Shown here in pieces: positions 37,949 through 50,338 of a DNA stretch of 64,000 nucleotides (within the stretch, counting starts at the first letter, position 1; every line of letters starts with the position of its first letter). The notes under the pieces are model-generated. The model did no database searches and was not told the DNA's origin. It saw only the letters and a program-made list of their open reading frames with translations. The DNA is from Squalus acanthias (Eukaryota), in the NCBI GenBank assembly GCA_030390025.1, contig CM059432.1:23066001-23130000 (forward strand), read 5' to 3'. The position numbers and the translations under genes are program-made.

Positions 37949-38706
37949 TGAGTCTTTGGGGTTGGCAAGATGGACTGTATAATCTTTTCTGGTGCTGTAC
38001 TTTCTTATGTTCTTAAGGCTGTTTAAATCCATTCATGGCTTCACCCCTCCCTAACTCTGCAACCTGCTCCAGCCCTACCCTCCCCACCCTCTTGTGCTCC
38101 CTAACTTCATCCCATCAGTGGCGGCCCTGCCTTCAGTTATCTAGATCCCACACTCTGGAATTCCCTTCCTAAACTACGCTGCATCTCCACCTCCCTCTCC
38201 TCCTTTAAGGCGCTCCTTAAAATCCAACTCTTTGACCAAGTTTTTTGTCACCCCTCCTAATATCTCCTTTCTTTGGCTCAGCATTTAATTTAATTTTTGA
38301 TTACACCTGTATGAAGCAGCTCACAATGTTTTTTTCTATGTTAGAAGGGCTAACTAAATCAGAGTGTCTCTTGACACCACTGTGTCAGCCAATGAGCAGG
38401 AGGTGTGGTGGGACATGCAGCAAACAGTCTATTTTACAGCAAACAACGTTTATTTACTCAGCAAACAGCAAAGCAGACAAAGTCTATTTACAGAGTCTTT
38501 TTATAAAAAAGAGCCTCTACGAACTACAGCAAACATAACTCAGCAACTTCTCCCAACAAAAGCAGGGTGATTTCCCCAGCAAAATGCAATGAGTGGAGGA
38601 TAGTTACAGAATGCAAGTTATGTACCTAAATCAATCCCAGTCACTTACAGGCATGATTGACGGGTGAATTAACCAATCATCTCCATCCTGGCCAGGAATA
38701 GTGGTC

Positions 38707-38885
38707 ATGATGCGGAGATGCCGGTGTTGGACTGGGGTGGACAAAAATGAGAAGTCGCACAACACCAGGTTATAGTCCAACAGTTTTATTTGAAATTACG
38801 AGCTTTCGGAGCTCTGCTCCTTCTTCAGGTACAGTGAGGGAATATAAATCGATTACACAGTATATATAGACATGAGAACAATGGT
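38707..38885 (-). mobile_element. Penelope P2 terminal fragment (variant)
   Basis: Reverse complement of the P2 tail with a variant hammerhead. Confidence 0.75.
38796..38832 (-). ncRNA. Minimal hammerhead ribozyme motif (variant)
   Basis: GUAC-CUGAAGA-A-GGAGC(AGA)GCUCC-GAAA-GC-UC-GUAA; stem I UAC/GUA. Confidence 0.7.
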
Positions 38886-39050
38886 GTCAGTGTATGCAGC
38901 CTACATATATTCAAATTGCTGATTGAAGGTGGTGGTGGAATGCACTGCTGAGGCAATGGAGGGGGTTTTGGTTGCATACCCATCGCTTTCTGAATTGCCA
39001 TTCCAAGTAGAATGAAGTGTTGACTCTTGCTTGATTCATAAGGAGTCTTA

Positions 39051-39516
39051 AAGAAAGAAAGACTTGCATTTATACAGCGCCTTTCACAACCACTGGACGT
39101 CTCAAAACGCTTTACAGCCAATGAAGTACTTTTTGAAGTGGAGTCACTGTTGTAATGTGGGAAATGCGGCAGCCAATTTGCGCACAGCAAGCTCCCACAA
39201 ACAGCAATGTGATAATGACCAGATACTCTGTTTTTGTTATGTTGGTTGAGGGATAAATATTGGCCAGGACACCAGGGAGAACTCCCCTGCTCTTCTTCGA
39301 TAATAGTGCAGTGGGATTTTTTACGTCCACCTGAGAGAGCAGACAGGGCCTCGGTTTAACGTCTCATCCGAAAGACGGCACCAAAGACAGCACTCCCTCA
39401 GCACTGTACTGGAGTATCAGCCTAGCTTTATATGCTCAAGTCTCTGGAGTGGGACGTGAACCCACAACCTTCTGGCTCAGAGGCAAGTGTGCTACCCACT
39501 GAGCCACAGCTGACAC
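39051..39516 (-). mobile_element. SacSINE1-like DeuSINE, near full length
   Basis: Reverse complement of the 17189 family with tail aaatgcaagtctttctttctt. Confidence 0.75.
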
Positions 39517-41816
39517 CAACATACCAGCCAGTTGCTGGCAAAATGACAGGAATGGGGATCATTTTTCTCCCCATTCCTTTTTATCAATGGGTGTTTTTTC
39601 AATCTTTTTAAATGTTTAATGTTCAACTCTTCAGATTGTGAGAAACACCTTTATCATAATGATTGCAGTGAGTTTACATTTTCTTCACCGAGTTTGATTT
39701 TACAAAGTGGTTTGAGTTCTGCGTTGATGTCTCTTCGTCATTGCAATAGTGTAAAATGTTTTAGTGTTACCATTATTCTGTTATTCCAATCTCTTTTCAG
39801 CTCTCTGCAGGATACATGGTTTCTTTAAAGCTGTATAACAGAGGATATGTCATTGCCAGCAGTGAGCTATGACTCACAAATTAGCGGAACCAGGCAATTT
39901 GTAAGCAATTCATTCACAAATGATTTATGGCCAGCTTCATAAGTGGGAGTATTCACCATAGCTCATACTGAGCATATCATATTCTAATTTGATACCACAT
40001 AGTTTCCTGCTTATTGTGATGTCAAAGGATTCATTTGAACTGGTCAAAATAGGACCTTTTCAGATTAATTTTGAATAATCTAAATTTTACTCAGTTTGAC
40101 CTTGGCAAATGCCAATAGGAGTATCTTGGAGACACTTCCTCTTTTAAATAAAGTGGTGTAAGTATTCTGATCACTGCTGCCCAGGTTCCTCTATAATCAA
40201 CTCATAAAGGTAGCAGCAGGTTATATTGATTTTTTAACCATTGGTAAGGAAGGACATTTTGGGGATTTTTGACCATTTTTCCTCAAAAGTATCCTTTTTA
40301 AATTCAATCCAGCTCTCAAGGGATTCAAATTATCATAACAGCCAGAGGAGACGAGAGAGTGAATGTTTATTAATGCTGGACAGACCGGTTTGTGGAATGT
40401 CACTACTCACGTAACATTTCAATCCAATAAGAATCAATTGATTTATACTTGGCTTGTTATGTCCCATTCCTTTTGATAATAGCAGAAGATAGTTTCTAGG
40501 GATCCATATCCAGGGGGGCGGTCACAGACATGATTAGCAACTTATCTGACCAGCTGTGGGCAGAGCTAGGGATTAGGAACTAAGCCCCAAATTCCATTAC
40601 GGGCAGGAAAAAAGAGAACAAATGTTGGTCAGTCAGTTGGTGAGAGATCGATGAACCTGAAAGAATATCTAGCGCAAAGCTGAAGATTGTAACACCTTCT
40701 CATAACACTTCATAATCTTCAAGAGATCTGTCAGGTCACTATATAATCTTCTCATCTACAGGGAAAAAATCTCAAATCTCTCTTGATAGCTGTAACTCCT
40801 CATCCCTAGCGAATCTATGCTGTGCCTTTCCATTGATTTTGGGGTAGAAATTGATGTGCATGGCGCCTGTTTTGCAGGCCTAAAACAGGTGCAAAGCATA
40901 CCAATTTATCAGTGGGACAGCCTGTGCCCAATCTGTGCAGGCATTTGGCCAACTGCTAAATTTATCAGGCCCGTTTTTTAGGCGTCCAGGGTGGCCGTCT
41001 AAAACAGGCATTAAGCCCCTTGAATTTGTAAACGCCTGTTAAAGGACCCCTTGCTGAAATTAGTTTAGGATGAGTGGAGCTGTTCTCGGCCTGCTCAGCT
41101 CAGAATTCTTCACCGGACCCTGCATCCTCAAACAACAAGTAGGTTTCTTAAATCCTTCCTTCACCATGAGACAGCATCTCAATATTTTGCTGTGAATCTC
41201 CTCTGTGGACTCCATGGGCCATAGACTGGAACATAAATTACATACAACCAGTCTGGCTTGCCCACCGTAAGCAGCTTCTCCTCTCCCTTTTCATGGCCAA
41301 ATGCTCCTATTTATCCAGGCTCATTCTGGGGAGCAACAGTATCTTTAAACCCCTGTTCTCCATCATAAAACTCGTCTATTCTCACCTCTGATGCTAAAAG
41401 TTAATGCTCTTTTTGATCTACATGCTAGGCCTTAAGTTATGCCAGTGCCATCTCATTTCCATTCTTCCTAATCCTCCCTTACAAAACATCCTCATCTCTC
41501 CTACACACCACAATCTCTCCCCATGTCTCCACCAGCCTTCATCAGTCTCATTCCCCCCCACCACCAACTCACCCCATGGAGCCAATCACCTGCTCCTTGA
41601 ACCCAGCTCCTGACTATCCAATTTCACTTTCTTGACCTATGAATGGCAACCTTATAAAACCTCTCTCCTCCTGCTCCACTTTAGTTCCTTTATGCTGTCG
41701 GGCTATAATTCCATGGGCACTACCACCACCACACTCTAATATTTTGCCTGTGTGAGCTTAGGCAGTGGATATGAGCCACATTTTTGATATCAGAAGATTG
41801 TGGTTGTGAATGCTAT

Positions 41817-42549
41817 GGGCTGGATTTTGATACTGGGGCGGGTTGGGGTCGTGTTATCCGCATTTTGTGTTATCCACCCGACTGCAATTGGATGTGGGAG
41901 ATTGATGCAATTTTCACCTAATTGGGCAATTGAGTTCCAGCATGTGGGAACCCATGAACCAATTAGTGTTTTCAGTCTGAAAGTCGCCTCTGATGATGTC
42001 ATCATTGCTGCTGTATTGAATGTCTTCAGAGACTGCCTGGCCTTTGCTGTGAGAGGACCTGGATGGAAGTCTGTTCCCAGATATTTTTACACCAGAGAGA
42101 GAGAGAGAAAGATTTTTTTTTGTTTTGGTGTGAGAGGACCTGAAGGCAAAATGAGCAGCAGCAGCCCTACGTCTGCTCCCAGATATTTTCCTACTACCGC
42201 TTCTCCGTTGTAATAGTGGACCTGCAGCTGATAGTCAGCTTTCGAAATGTGCTCCCGCCAGGTTTCACAATCATGTTTCACAACAGGCGTGCTTCACATA
42301 CAACAAGGGTTAAAATCACAAAGGCCTTTCAAAATGGCATTACAGAGCCAATTTAGTGCTTGTTAACGGCCTTAACAAGCCCATCCCGCCTCTTAAAGGC
42401 GGGACGGAGTCGGGACCAGCAGACACGATTTAATGAAAATTGCGTGGAGGCGGGATGGAGGCGGACTTGTGCCCGCCCGCCAGTTTTTGCAATTTTCACC
42501 CCCCACTCGCCTCCAAACCCGCCTCCACGGGTCAATGAAAATCCAGCCC
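41817..42549. mobile_element. Harbinger-type MITE inside a DeuSINE remnant
   Basis: Perfect TIRs GGGCTGGATTTT/AAAATCCAGCCC; TSD TAT (41814-16, 42550-52). Confidence 0.85.
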
Positions 42550-42860
42550 TATGCATCTGGAATTGAGCACATAATCTAGGTTCACACTGCAGTGCAGTAC
42601 TGAGGTGGAGGTGCCATCTTTCAAATAAGATTGTGTTGCTGAGCTCCCAACTGCCTGGTCAGGTGGACATTAAAGATACGATGGGAATGTTGAACAACAC
42701 AGGTTTCTTCCAGTAACCCAACCAACATTTCGCTCTCAACCAACACCCCCAAAATGAAGCAGATTAATTGGTCATTCATCCTGGGGGCTGTTTGTGGGAA
42801 AGAAAAGCTGTTGCATTTGCTTATATAATAATAGTGACTGCACCGTTAAAGTCACTCATT

Positions 42861-43035
42861 GGAGTAGATGTTGACTTTGTGTGATGGCGTAAAATGGGTG
42901 ATAGCGAGTCAGTAGCCTGTTTTCCTTGACTTTCACATTGACTTCAATGGAAATAAAAATCAGTAGAGATGTAAAACAGGCTGCTGACTCGCTATCACCC
43001 ATTTTACACTATCGCACAAAGTCAAGATCTACCAC
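42861..43035. mobile_element. 175-bp foldback MITE with ~60-bp inverted arms
   Basis: ...CTTTGTGTGATGGCGTAAAATGGGTGATAGCGAGTCAG... is inverted at 42973-43035; TSD ATT; degenerate relatives near 13510-13660, 47024-47196 and 55500-55632. Confidence 0.8.
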
Positions 43036-43714
43036 ATTCTGTGAGAAGCATGGAGACATTTTGATCTGGCAAGATACTATGTAACGGCAAGTACTAACAG
43101 AGTCTGTAGAAATGCACAAAGGCAGAATTTAACATACCCAACCCTGTTCCTATCCACATGTTTTACAACAGGAATCACTGGTTAGCATTCAAACGGTGGC
43201 TGATTTGTTTTCTCTTCTCTCTCCCTCTCCCAGACAAGTGGCTCTGAGGACTATTTTAGTGTCCTAATTGCTACTCTGGCTGAGATCAGCTAGATCTGTA
43301 CAGGGAAGGGAGTGAACCTTGGGGCTTCTGGTCTGTATGGCTTCAAACCACACCCAGTGTTACCTTTAAACTCCTTCCCCCAGCTATCCAGGCAATTCAT
43401 TTTGTGCTTTGAAACTGCTAGTTAGAGAAAGCTCCAAGATGGTCTTTTTAATATAATGATCTGATGTAATTTTAAACATTTTCTTGTGTATAGTGGAAAT
43501 CCCAAGGCTGGGAACTTCCTCGGAGCAGATTCTCATCCATAACATCGACGGAAGCATGCAGGAAACCCATTTCCGTCATCAATTTGGCAAAGTGACGGAG
43601 CAGAGCAGGCGCAACTCTGCAGAAATTCACAGCCTAAGTGATGCAGAGAGATCTTTGCACTGCAGCTAAGCCAGATAATGTACTGAGTATCAAGCATGGA
43701 GAAATATTCTGGTC

Positions 43715-43880
43715 CAACGTTCCCTTTAAGCTACGTGGCCGCGCAGCGCTCTGGAGCTCCCGCGCAGCCGGCTCGCCGGGTTTTAAATGTGAAAAAAACG
43801 CGCACGCGCGGAATTCTGAATGGGCCGCGTAGCCCGTTAAAGGGGCCGCGCGGCCCCCCAAAAAATTTGAGGGAACGTTG
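43715..43880. mobile_element. hAT-type MITE (166 bp)
   Basis: 11-bp TIRs CAACGTTCCCT/AGGGAACGTTG; perfect 8-bp TSD TTCTGGTC (43707-14, 43881-88). Confidence 0.88.
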
Positions 43881-44585
43881 TTCTGGTCTAGTCCATAGCA
43901 GAGCGATTCCACACATTGACAAACAAATTCTCACTGAAATATTGAAAAGAAAAAGATGGGAACATTAATCTGTAGTATATTGGCTCCAAAATGTCATCTA
44001 TGTATGGAGAGGCTCATTTATTACCAGACAACAACAACAACAACTTGTACTCATATTACAACAGTGACTACATTTCAAAAAGTACTTCATTGGCTGTAAA
44101 GCGCTTTGGGATGTCTGGTGGTTGTGAAAAGCGCTATATAAGTGCAATCTTTCTTTCTTTCATATAGTGCCTCTAATGTAATAAAACGTCCCAAGACGCT
44201 TCACAGGAGTGTTATCAAACAAAATTTGACACCGAGCCACATAAGGAGATATTAGGACAGATGACCAAAAGCTTGGTCAAAGAGGTAGGTTTTAAGGAGC
44301 GTCTTAAAGAAGGAGAGAGAGGTAGAGAGGCGGAGAGGTTTAGGAAGGGAATTCCAGAGCTTAGAGCGTTGTCAGCTGAAGGCACAGCCACCAATGGTGG
44401 AGCAATTAAAGTTGGGGAATGCCAGAATTGGAGGAGCACAGAGATCTTGGAGGGTTGTAGGGCTGGAGGAGGTTACAGAGATAGGGAGGGGTGAGCCCTT
44501 GGAGGGATTTGAAAACAAGCATGAGAATTTTAAAATGAAGGTGGTGCCACGGAAATAAATAGAAGGGAAAGGATGAATAGAAAAT

Positions 44586-45040
44586 GTGAAATAACAACAG
44601 AAAACGCTGGAAAAACTCAGCAGGCCAGGCAACATCCGTGGAGAGAGAAAGAGAGTTAACGTTTCAGGTCGAAACCCTTCGTCGGAACTGAGAGAGCAAG
44701 AAATAAACAGATAAAAATGCAAGGGAGAGGCTGGGGGGAGGAATAAAAGAACAAAAGGGATGGTCTTTAGTGAGTAGAGACATTGAGAGATGCTCAAGGC
44801 AAGACGAGATGGTAATGGGACAGGTTGAGAAACAAAAGGTAAGGTGTGAAATGCTGGCAGAATCAGAGACAGCTGCCGTGGGGGGAGAGAGAGAAAAAAA
44901 GGAAAAAGGCACGGACCAAAAGAGTGGATAAAATGTATACATATGTGATAGGGGCCGGGGTTATGATCTGAAATTGTTGAACTCGATATTGAGTCCGGAA
45001 GGCTGTAAAGTGCCTAAACGGAAGATGAGGTGCTGTTCCT
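44586..45040 (-). mobile_element. Penelope P1 3' fragment
   Basis: Minus strand EQHLIFRLGTLQPSGLNIEFNNFRS*; hammerhead-like motif at 44654-44689. Confidence 0.8.
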
Positions 45041-45261
45041 GGGTGCAATTGGTTTCCCTGGTTTAGCCAGAAAGGAAGGAACCAAAGGCGATAAGGTATA
45101 GATCTGAAGATATTCCCTTGTTTATTTAAAAATATAATTTAAGAATTGCAATTTCCGAAGAAGAAAATTCAACTCATTCAATAATAAATGTGTACAGATT
45201 TCTCACGATGTTCTGCCATACTTCTATCAGCATCAACAACGTATTCGCCTAGGTTCTGAAA

Positions 45262-46367
45262 GGCCGGAATTTTAATTTGGAGACGGGTAGGGAGTGGGGT
45301 GGGGGCTGGAAGACAGTTGTCTCTCAGGCCCGTCCAAATTTAACGGCAGGGCCTGATTAGCATTTTGATTCTCTGTTTTCTGTCTGCTGGCTGGCTGTCA
45401 GGCGGATAGGCCTGTGGCACCAGGCCGCAGGGAGGAAGGAGGGAGGGATCGTGGGGGTGGTCAGAATGCCAGGGATCGTCAGCGAGGTCGGGAGCCAGAT
45501 TGTTGGAGGGGAGGTCAGGGGCCAGATCGTTGGAGGGGAGGTCAGGGGCCAGATTGTTGGAGGGGAGGTCAGGGGCCAGATTGTTGGAGGGGAGGTCAGG
45601 GGCCAGATTGTTGGAGGGGAGGTCAGGGGCCAGATTGTTGGAGGGGAGGTCAGGGGCCAGATTGTTGGAGGGGAGGTCAGGGGCCAGATTGTTGGAGGGG
45701 AGGTCAGGGGCCAGATTGTTGGAGGGGAGGTCAGGGGCCAGATTGTTGGAGGGGAGGTCAGGGGCCAGATTGTTGGAGGGGAGGTCAGGGGCCAGATTGT
45801 TGGAGGGGAGGTCAGGGGCCAGAGTGGTGAGGGGCAGTTGAGGTCCAGATTGTTGGAGGTGAGGTCAGGGGCCAGATCGTTGGAGACGAGGTTGGGGTCT
45901 GTACATCGTTGGAGGGGTGGTCGGGGGCTGGATATTGGAGGGGGGCTTCGGAGGCCAGGGGGTTCAAAGGCCAGAGGGGAGATCGGAAGGGTCGGGGTGG
46001 GTGGTCTGATCGCAGGGGATTGGTGAGGCAGGGACGCTGGATCCTGCAAGCAAGTGTAAAGGCACTTACATCCTGGTTCTGGCAGTCCTCACCTTCCTTT
46101 AATTGGCGGGTTTCCCGAGGCCCGGGAAACCCGGCCAGCCAGAGTTAACTTTAAAATGGGGCATCAAAATGAGGCACGCAGTCTCATTATAATATTTAAA
46201 ATGCCAAACCACCTCCTGGGAGCGGGTTGGCTGCCCGCCCTGTTCCACTTCTGTTAAAACCGGAAGTGGACGGTTTGGAGGCAAGTTGGGGTCTCGATTC
46301 AGATTTTTAACACTTGCACCTCCCACCCGACCCTAACCCACTGTTTTTTGGGGTTAAAATTCCCCCC
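45262..46367 (+). mobile_element. GC-rich MITE family copy containing a minisatellite
   Basis: GGCCGGAATTTTAA...TTAAAATTCCCCCC termini; no clear TSD. Confidence 0.75.
45495..45818. repeat. 27-bp G-rich minisatellite, 12 copies
   Basis: Unit ccagattgttggaggggaggtcagggg; one substitution, in copy 2. Confidence 0.95.
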
Positions 46368-47243
46368 TTCGTGTGTGTATTAGAAACATAAAGTGCAGTG
46401 TATGAAGTGAATCTTCTTGTAGGCTTTTGTGACCTGCACAGTTGGGATTGCAATTCATACATTTTACCGTGGATTTGTATGAAATGGTGATTGCAATTTT
46501 ATACACTAGCAAGGCCAATAAAGTACTTCCTAATGGTCTTGCCATCATTAGGATGGTACCAGTTGTCCTGAGCCCTGATATCTGCAGGTTGAATCCTAGT
46601 TCTGTGATCTTACCCTGTGCTTCATGGAAATACAACCCCACACTCCAACCATCACACGAAGTAAAATTTAAAAAACTTTGAAACTTTAACCAATGCCTGA
46701 CCCTTCCCCACCTGCCTCCAAATATTTCTTCATGAATTGTTGTTAAGTATAGTAATGTTGAGCTTTATTGGAGAGCATGATGGTGCAGCATGTTGGAGCA
46801 CCATCATGTAATGCCACACAGTGTGGTGAGATAGCGGTTCATGTTCAGTGACTAAGTTACTAATTTCAGTGTTGCTCCCAATAAGAAAGGGTGAACAGAA
46901 ACCCTTCCATGCAGAAAAGGAAAAGAAAGACTAATTTTCAGGCTGCTGTCACACAGTACCCTGTATTCAGTTTCCAAGTAGCATTGACAGATGCACTCTT
47001 TCTTAGGACCTGAGAACTGGGAAGGGGTGAAATTCAACTCCGTGGGTGGTGGGTGGGGTAAGCTTTAAAGGGGCGGTAGCGGATCGGCCACCCGTTATAC
47101 ACTACGCCTGACTTTCCAAATGGCAAGGAAATTCGGGCGGAGTATACAATGGCCGACCATTTCTCTACCGCCCTCATCAAAGTTGAATTTTACCTCTGTC
47201 AGTCTTTACCTCCCTCAGTCTTTCCTGTCTCTTACAATTTATA

Positions 47244-47945
47244 GGGGGCAAAATTTGGTTGCTTTAGGGTGCTAACGGGGCACAAAGCAACTAGCGCCCA
47301 TGTGTGGCGCCGCTAACGCCTCCATGAAATTCAGCGGGAGGTTAGTGGCGGCGGTAACCATTAGCGCCCCGCGGCGCTGCACCTCCAACGATGACGTCAT
47401 CGCCGTGCGCAGAGCCCCGGCCGCAATCTTCGGTAGCGCCCCCTGACTTACTGCCGGACGCTATGTCCGACAGGGTCAGGGGGGCGTACGTGCAGCCGGG
47501 GCATGGATGATTAAAGGGGGGGGGGTGGTGCCAGCCGGCCATTTTTGTTGCTGGCCACCTGCCAGCACCTGCCTCCTTTGCCTTCACTGGCCTCCGATGC
47601 AGCCCCCCCCCCCCCCCACGGGGTGCCGGCCACGCTCCTCTTGAGTGCCGGGTTCTTTTGCCGGCACCCCGATCCCTGGTGGCCCAGCTGGGCCCCGGGT
47701 CGCGCTGCGCAAGGCCCATCCCCTTTAATAAGGGGAGGAAGGCCTGCAGTACCACGGTGCGAGGTGCCACCGCGCATGTCGCCGCGTGTGTCACTGCGGC
47801 ACATAGCGCCGCTGTATTCCCTGGTAGCTCCCCAAGAGGGAGGGGGAGTGCTTCCAGTAGCATCCTGACTCCCTCTTGGGGCTACCAGTGAATTTTGGGT
47901 GCAGGGGGCGCTAATTTTTTCGGGGCGCAACTGAATTTTTCCCCC
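47244..47945 (+). mobile_element. Harbinger MITE (about 700-bp family)
   Basis: GGGGGCAAAATT...AATTTTTCCCCC; flanks ATA/AAA. Confidence 0.82.
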
Positions 47946-48604
47946 AAAGACTTTGAAAATCCAGACTTGATGTTACCCATTCTTCTCTGCTACACTTTTC
48001 AAACCTGGTGGTTTCCCGCACTGCGGTTCTTGACCATTCATCTCAATAAAAAAACGCTCCGCTCCAGTCAGTTTGGCTCAGTTGCGACCAATGTTCTCCT
48101 TAGATCACTTGGTTGCAGATTTGACCCCCTCCTCCCCTGTTTGAGTGCGTAATCTGCGTTGACACTGTAGTACACCACTGTGGGAGTGCTGATTGTCAGA
48201 AGCGTGTTCCTTTGGATGAGACGTTAAACTGAGGTCCTACCTGACTCCTCAGGTGGATGTTGAAGATTGATGTCACTTTTTGAAGAATGATAAGAAGCTC
48301 TCCTCGTGCCCTGTCCAACATTTCAGACTCAACAAATACCACAAAAAATCATATTACCTGATCATCATCTCATTTCTTATTTGGGATGTTGGTATTGTGG
48401 AATGAGTGCCATGTTTACCTACATAACACCATTTCACATTCCTACATACATATATAGCAACATAACAACTACCCCAGAGGGCTGTGGCTCAGTCAATGAG
48501 TATATTCAAGACTGAGATCGATAGATTTTTGGGCACTAAGGGACTAAACGGATATGGGGATAGGGCGAGAAAGTGGAGTTGATGTAGAAGTTCAGCCATG
48601 ATTA

Positions 48605-50026
48605 AGTGAGTGGGCAAGAACATGGCAGATGGAATATAATGTGATAAATGTGAAGTTATCCACTTTGGCAGGATAAATAGAAAAGCAGAATATTTTTTAA
48701 ATGGTGAGAGATTAGGAAATGTTTGTATTCAGAGGGACCTGGGTGTCCTTATACACAAATCACAGAACGTTAACATGCAGGTACAACAAACAATTAGGAA
48801 AGCAAATGGTATGTTAGCCCTTATTACAAAAGGATCGGAGTATAAGAGTAAAGGGGGGAAAAATTCAGCTGCTTGCGCCTCCCGTTAGCGCCTTAAGAGG
48901 GCGCTAATGGGGCGTAAAGCAGCTAACGCCCGGGCGCAGCGCCGCCCACGCCTCCCGTAAAATTCAGCGGGAGGTTAGCGGCGGCGCCAGCCGGTAGCGC
49001 CCTGTGGCGCTGCGCCGCCGGCGATGACGTCATCGTCGTGCGCAGCACCCCGCTCGCGCTCCAGCCGCGATCTTCAGTCGCGCCCCCTGATTTACCGCCA
49101 GACGCTATGTCCGACGGGTTCAGGGAGGCGTACGTGCGGCCGGGGCGGCGATATTTAAAGGGGAGGTGGCAGGCGGCCATTTTTGTTGCTGGCCGCCTGC
49201 CAGCACCTGCCCCCGTTGCTGTCCCCGGCCCCCGTGAAGCCCCCCCACCGTGAAGTGCCGGCTGCGCTCCAAGAGCCCGGCACTTCTCTTGAGTGCCGGG
49301 CTCTTTTGCCGGCACTCCCGATCCCTGGGGGCCCAGCTGGGCCCCGGTTCGCGCTGCGCAGGGTCCCTCCCCTTTAAGAAGGGGAGGAAGGCCTGCAATA
49401 CCGCGGCGCGACGTGCCGCAGTCTTACTGAAATTATGTAGGGCTTTGGTGAAACCACACCTGGAGTACTGTGTACAGGTTTGGTCTCCTTACCTAAGGAA
49501 GCATAACTTGCCTCAGAGGGAGTGCAACAAAGGTTTACTAGACTGCTTCCTGGGATGGGGGGATTGTCCTATGAGGAGAGATTGAGTAGACTAGGCCTAT
49601 ATTCCCTAGAGTTTAGAAGAATGAGAGGTGATCTCATTGAAACGTACAATATTGTTAAGGGGCTTGACAGGGTAGATGTTGGGAGGATGTTTCCCCTGGC
49701 TGGGGAGTCTAGAACTAGGGGTCACAGTCTCAGAAGGGGTCAGCCATTTGGGACTGAGATGAGGAGAAATTTTATTGAATGGCAGAACAGGCTCGATGGG
49801 CCGTATGCCTACTCCTGCTCCTACTTCTTATCTTCTTATGTTCTTAAGCAGATTCAATAGTAACTTTCAAAAGGGATTTGGATAAATATTTGAAGGAGTG
49901 AAAATTGCAGGGCTATGGGGAAAGAGCAATGGAGTGGGACTAATTGGATAGCTCTCTCAAAGAGCAGGCACAGGCATGATGGGCCAAATGGTTCTTTCTA
50001 TGCTGTAAGACTCTATGATTCTATGA
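48605..50026 (+). mobile_element. CR1 LINE fragment(s) interrupted by a MITE
   Basis: LVKPHLEYCVQVWSPYLRK, YEERLSRLGLYSLEFRRMRGDLIE; tail ctctatgattctatg. Confidence 0.85.
48854..49420 (+). mobile_element. One-ended Harbinger MITE inserted in a CR1 RT region
   Basis: First ~85 bp nearly identical to the left end of the 32620 element; right TIR missing; CR1 resumes at gtcttactga. Confidence 0.82.
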
Positions 50027-50284
50027 TCCACTGCACTCCAAAAGTAATTAATTGCGTGAAATGCTTTGAGATATTTTAATATGATAAATACATTTATTAT
50101 TATTAGATGGTACGTGGCAGAAGAAGATTGATTTCAGATGAGCAAAAAAATACCGTAGAAACAGAATCTTACTCTCAATCAAAAATAAATAATTATTTGT
50201 AAATTGATGTTTATTTGTGGGGGTGGGGGTGGGGGGGTTCATAGTCAGCATAATCTTAACTTGTCCCTTCTTTCTGGTTTCCAG

Positions 50285-50338
50285 GGTGATCCAGGTCTAA
50301 GAGGAGAGGTGGGACTACCAGGCCTGAAAGGTGTAAAG
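50285..50338 (+). CDS. COL22A1: Collagen triple-helix exon (54 nt)
   Basis: ttctggtttccag|GGT...AAG|gtaggc; GDPGLRGEVGLPGLKGVK. Confidence 0.85.

Noticed and set aside
45357..46049. Repetitive ORFs and a superficially CRISPR-like array
   Set aside because: Head-to-tail 27-bp units with no unique spacers and no cas genes; eukaryotic minisatellite
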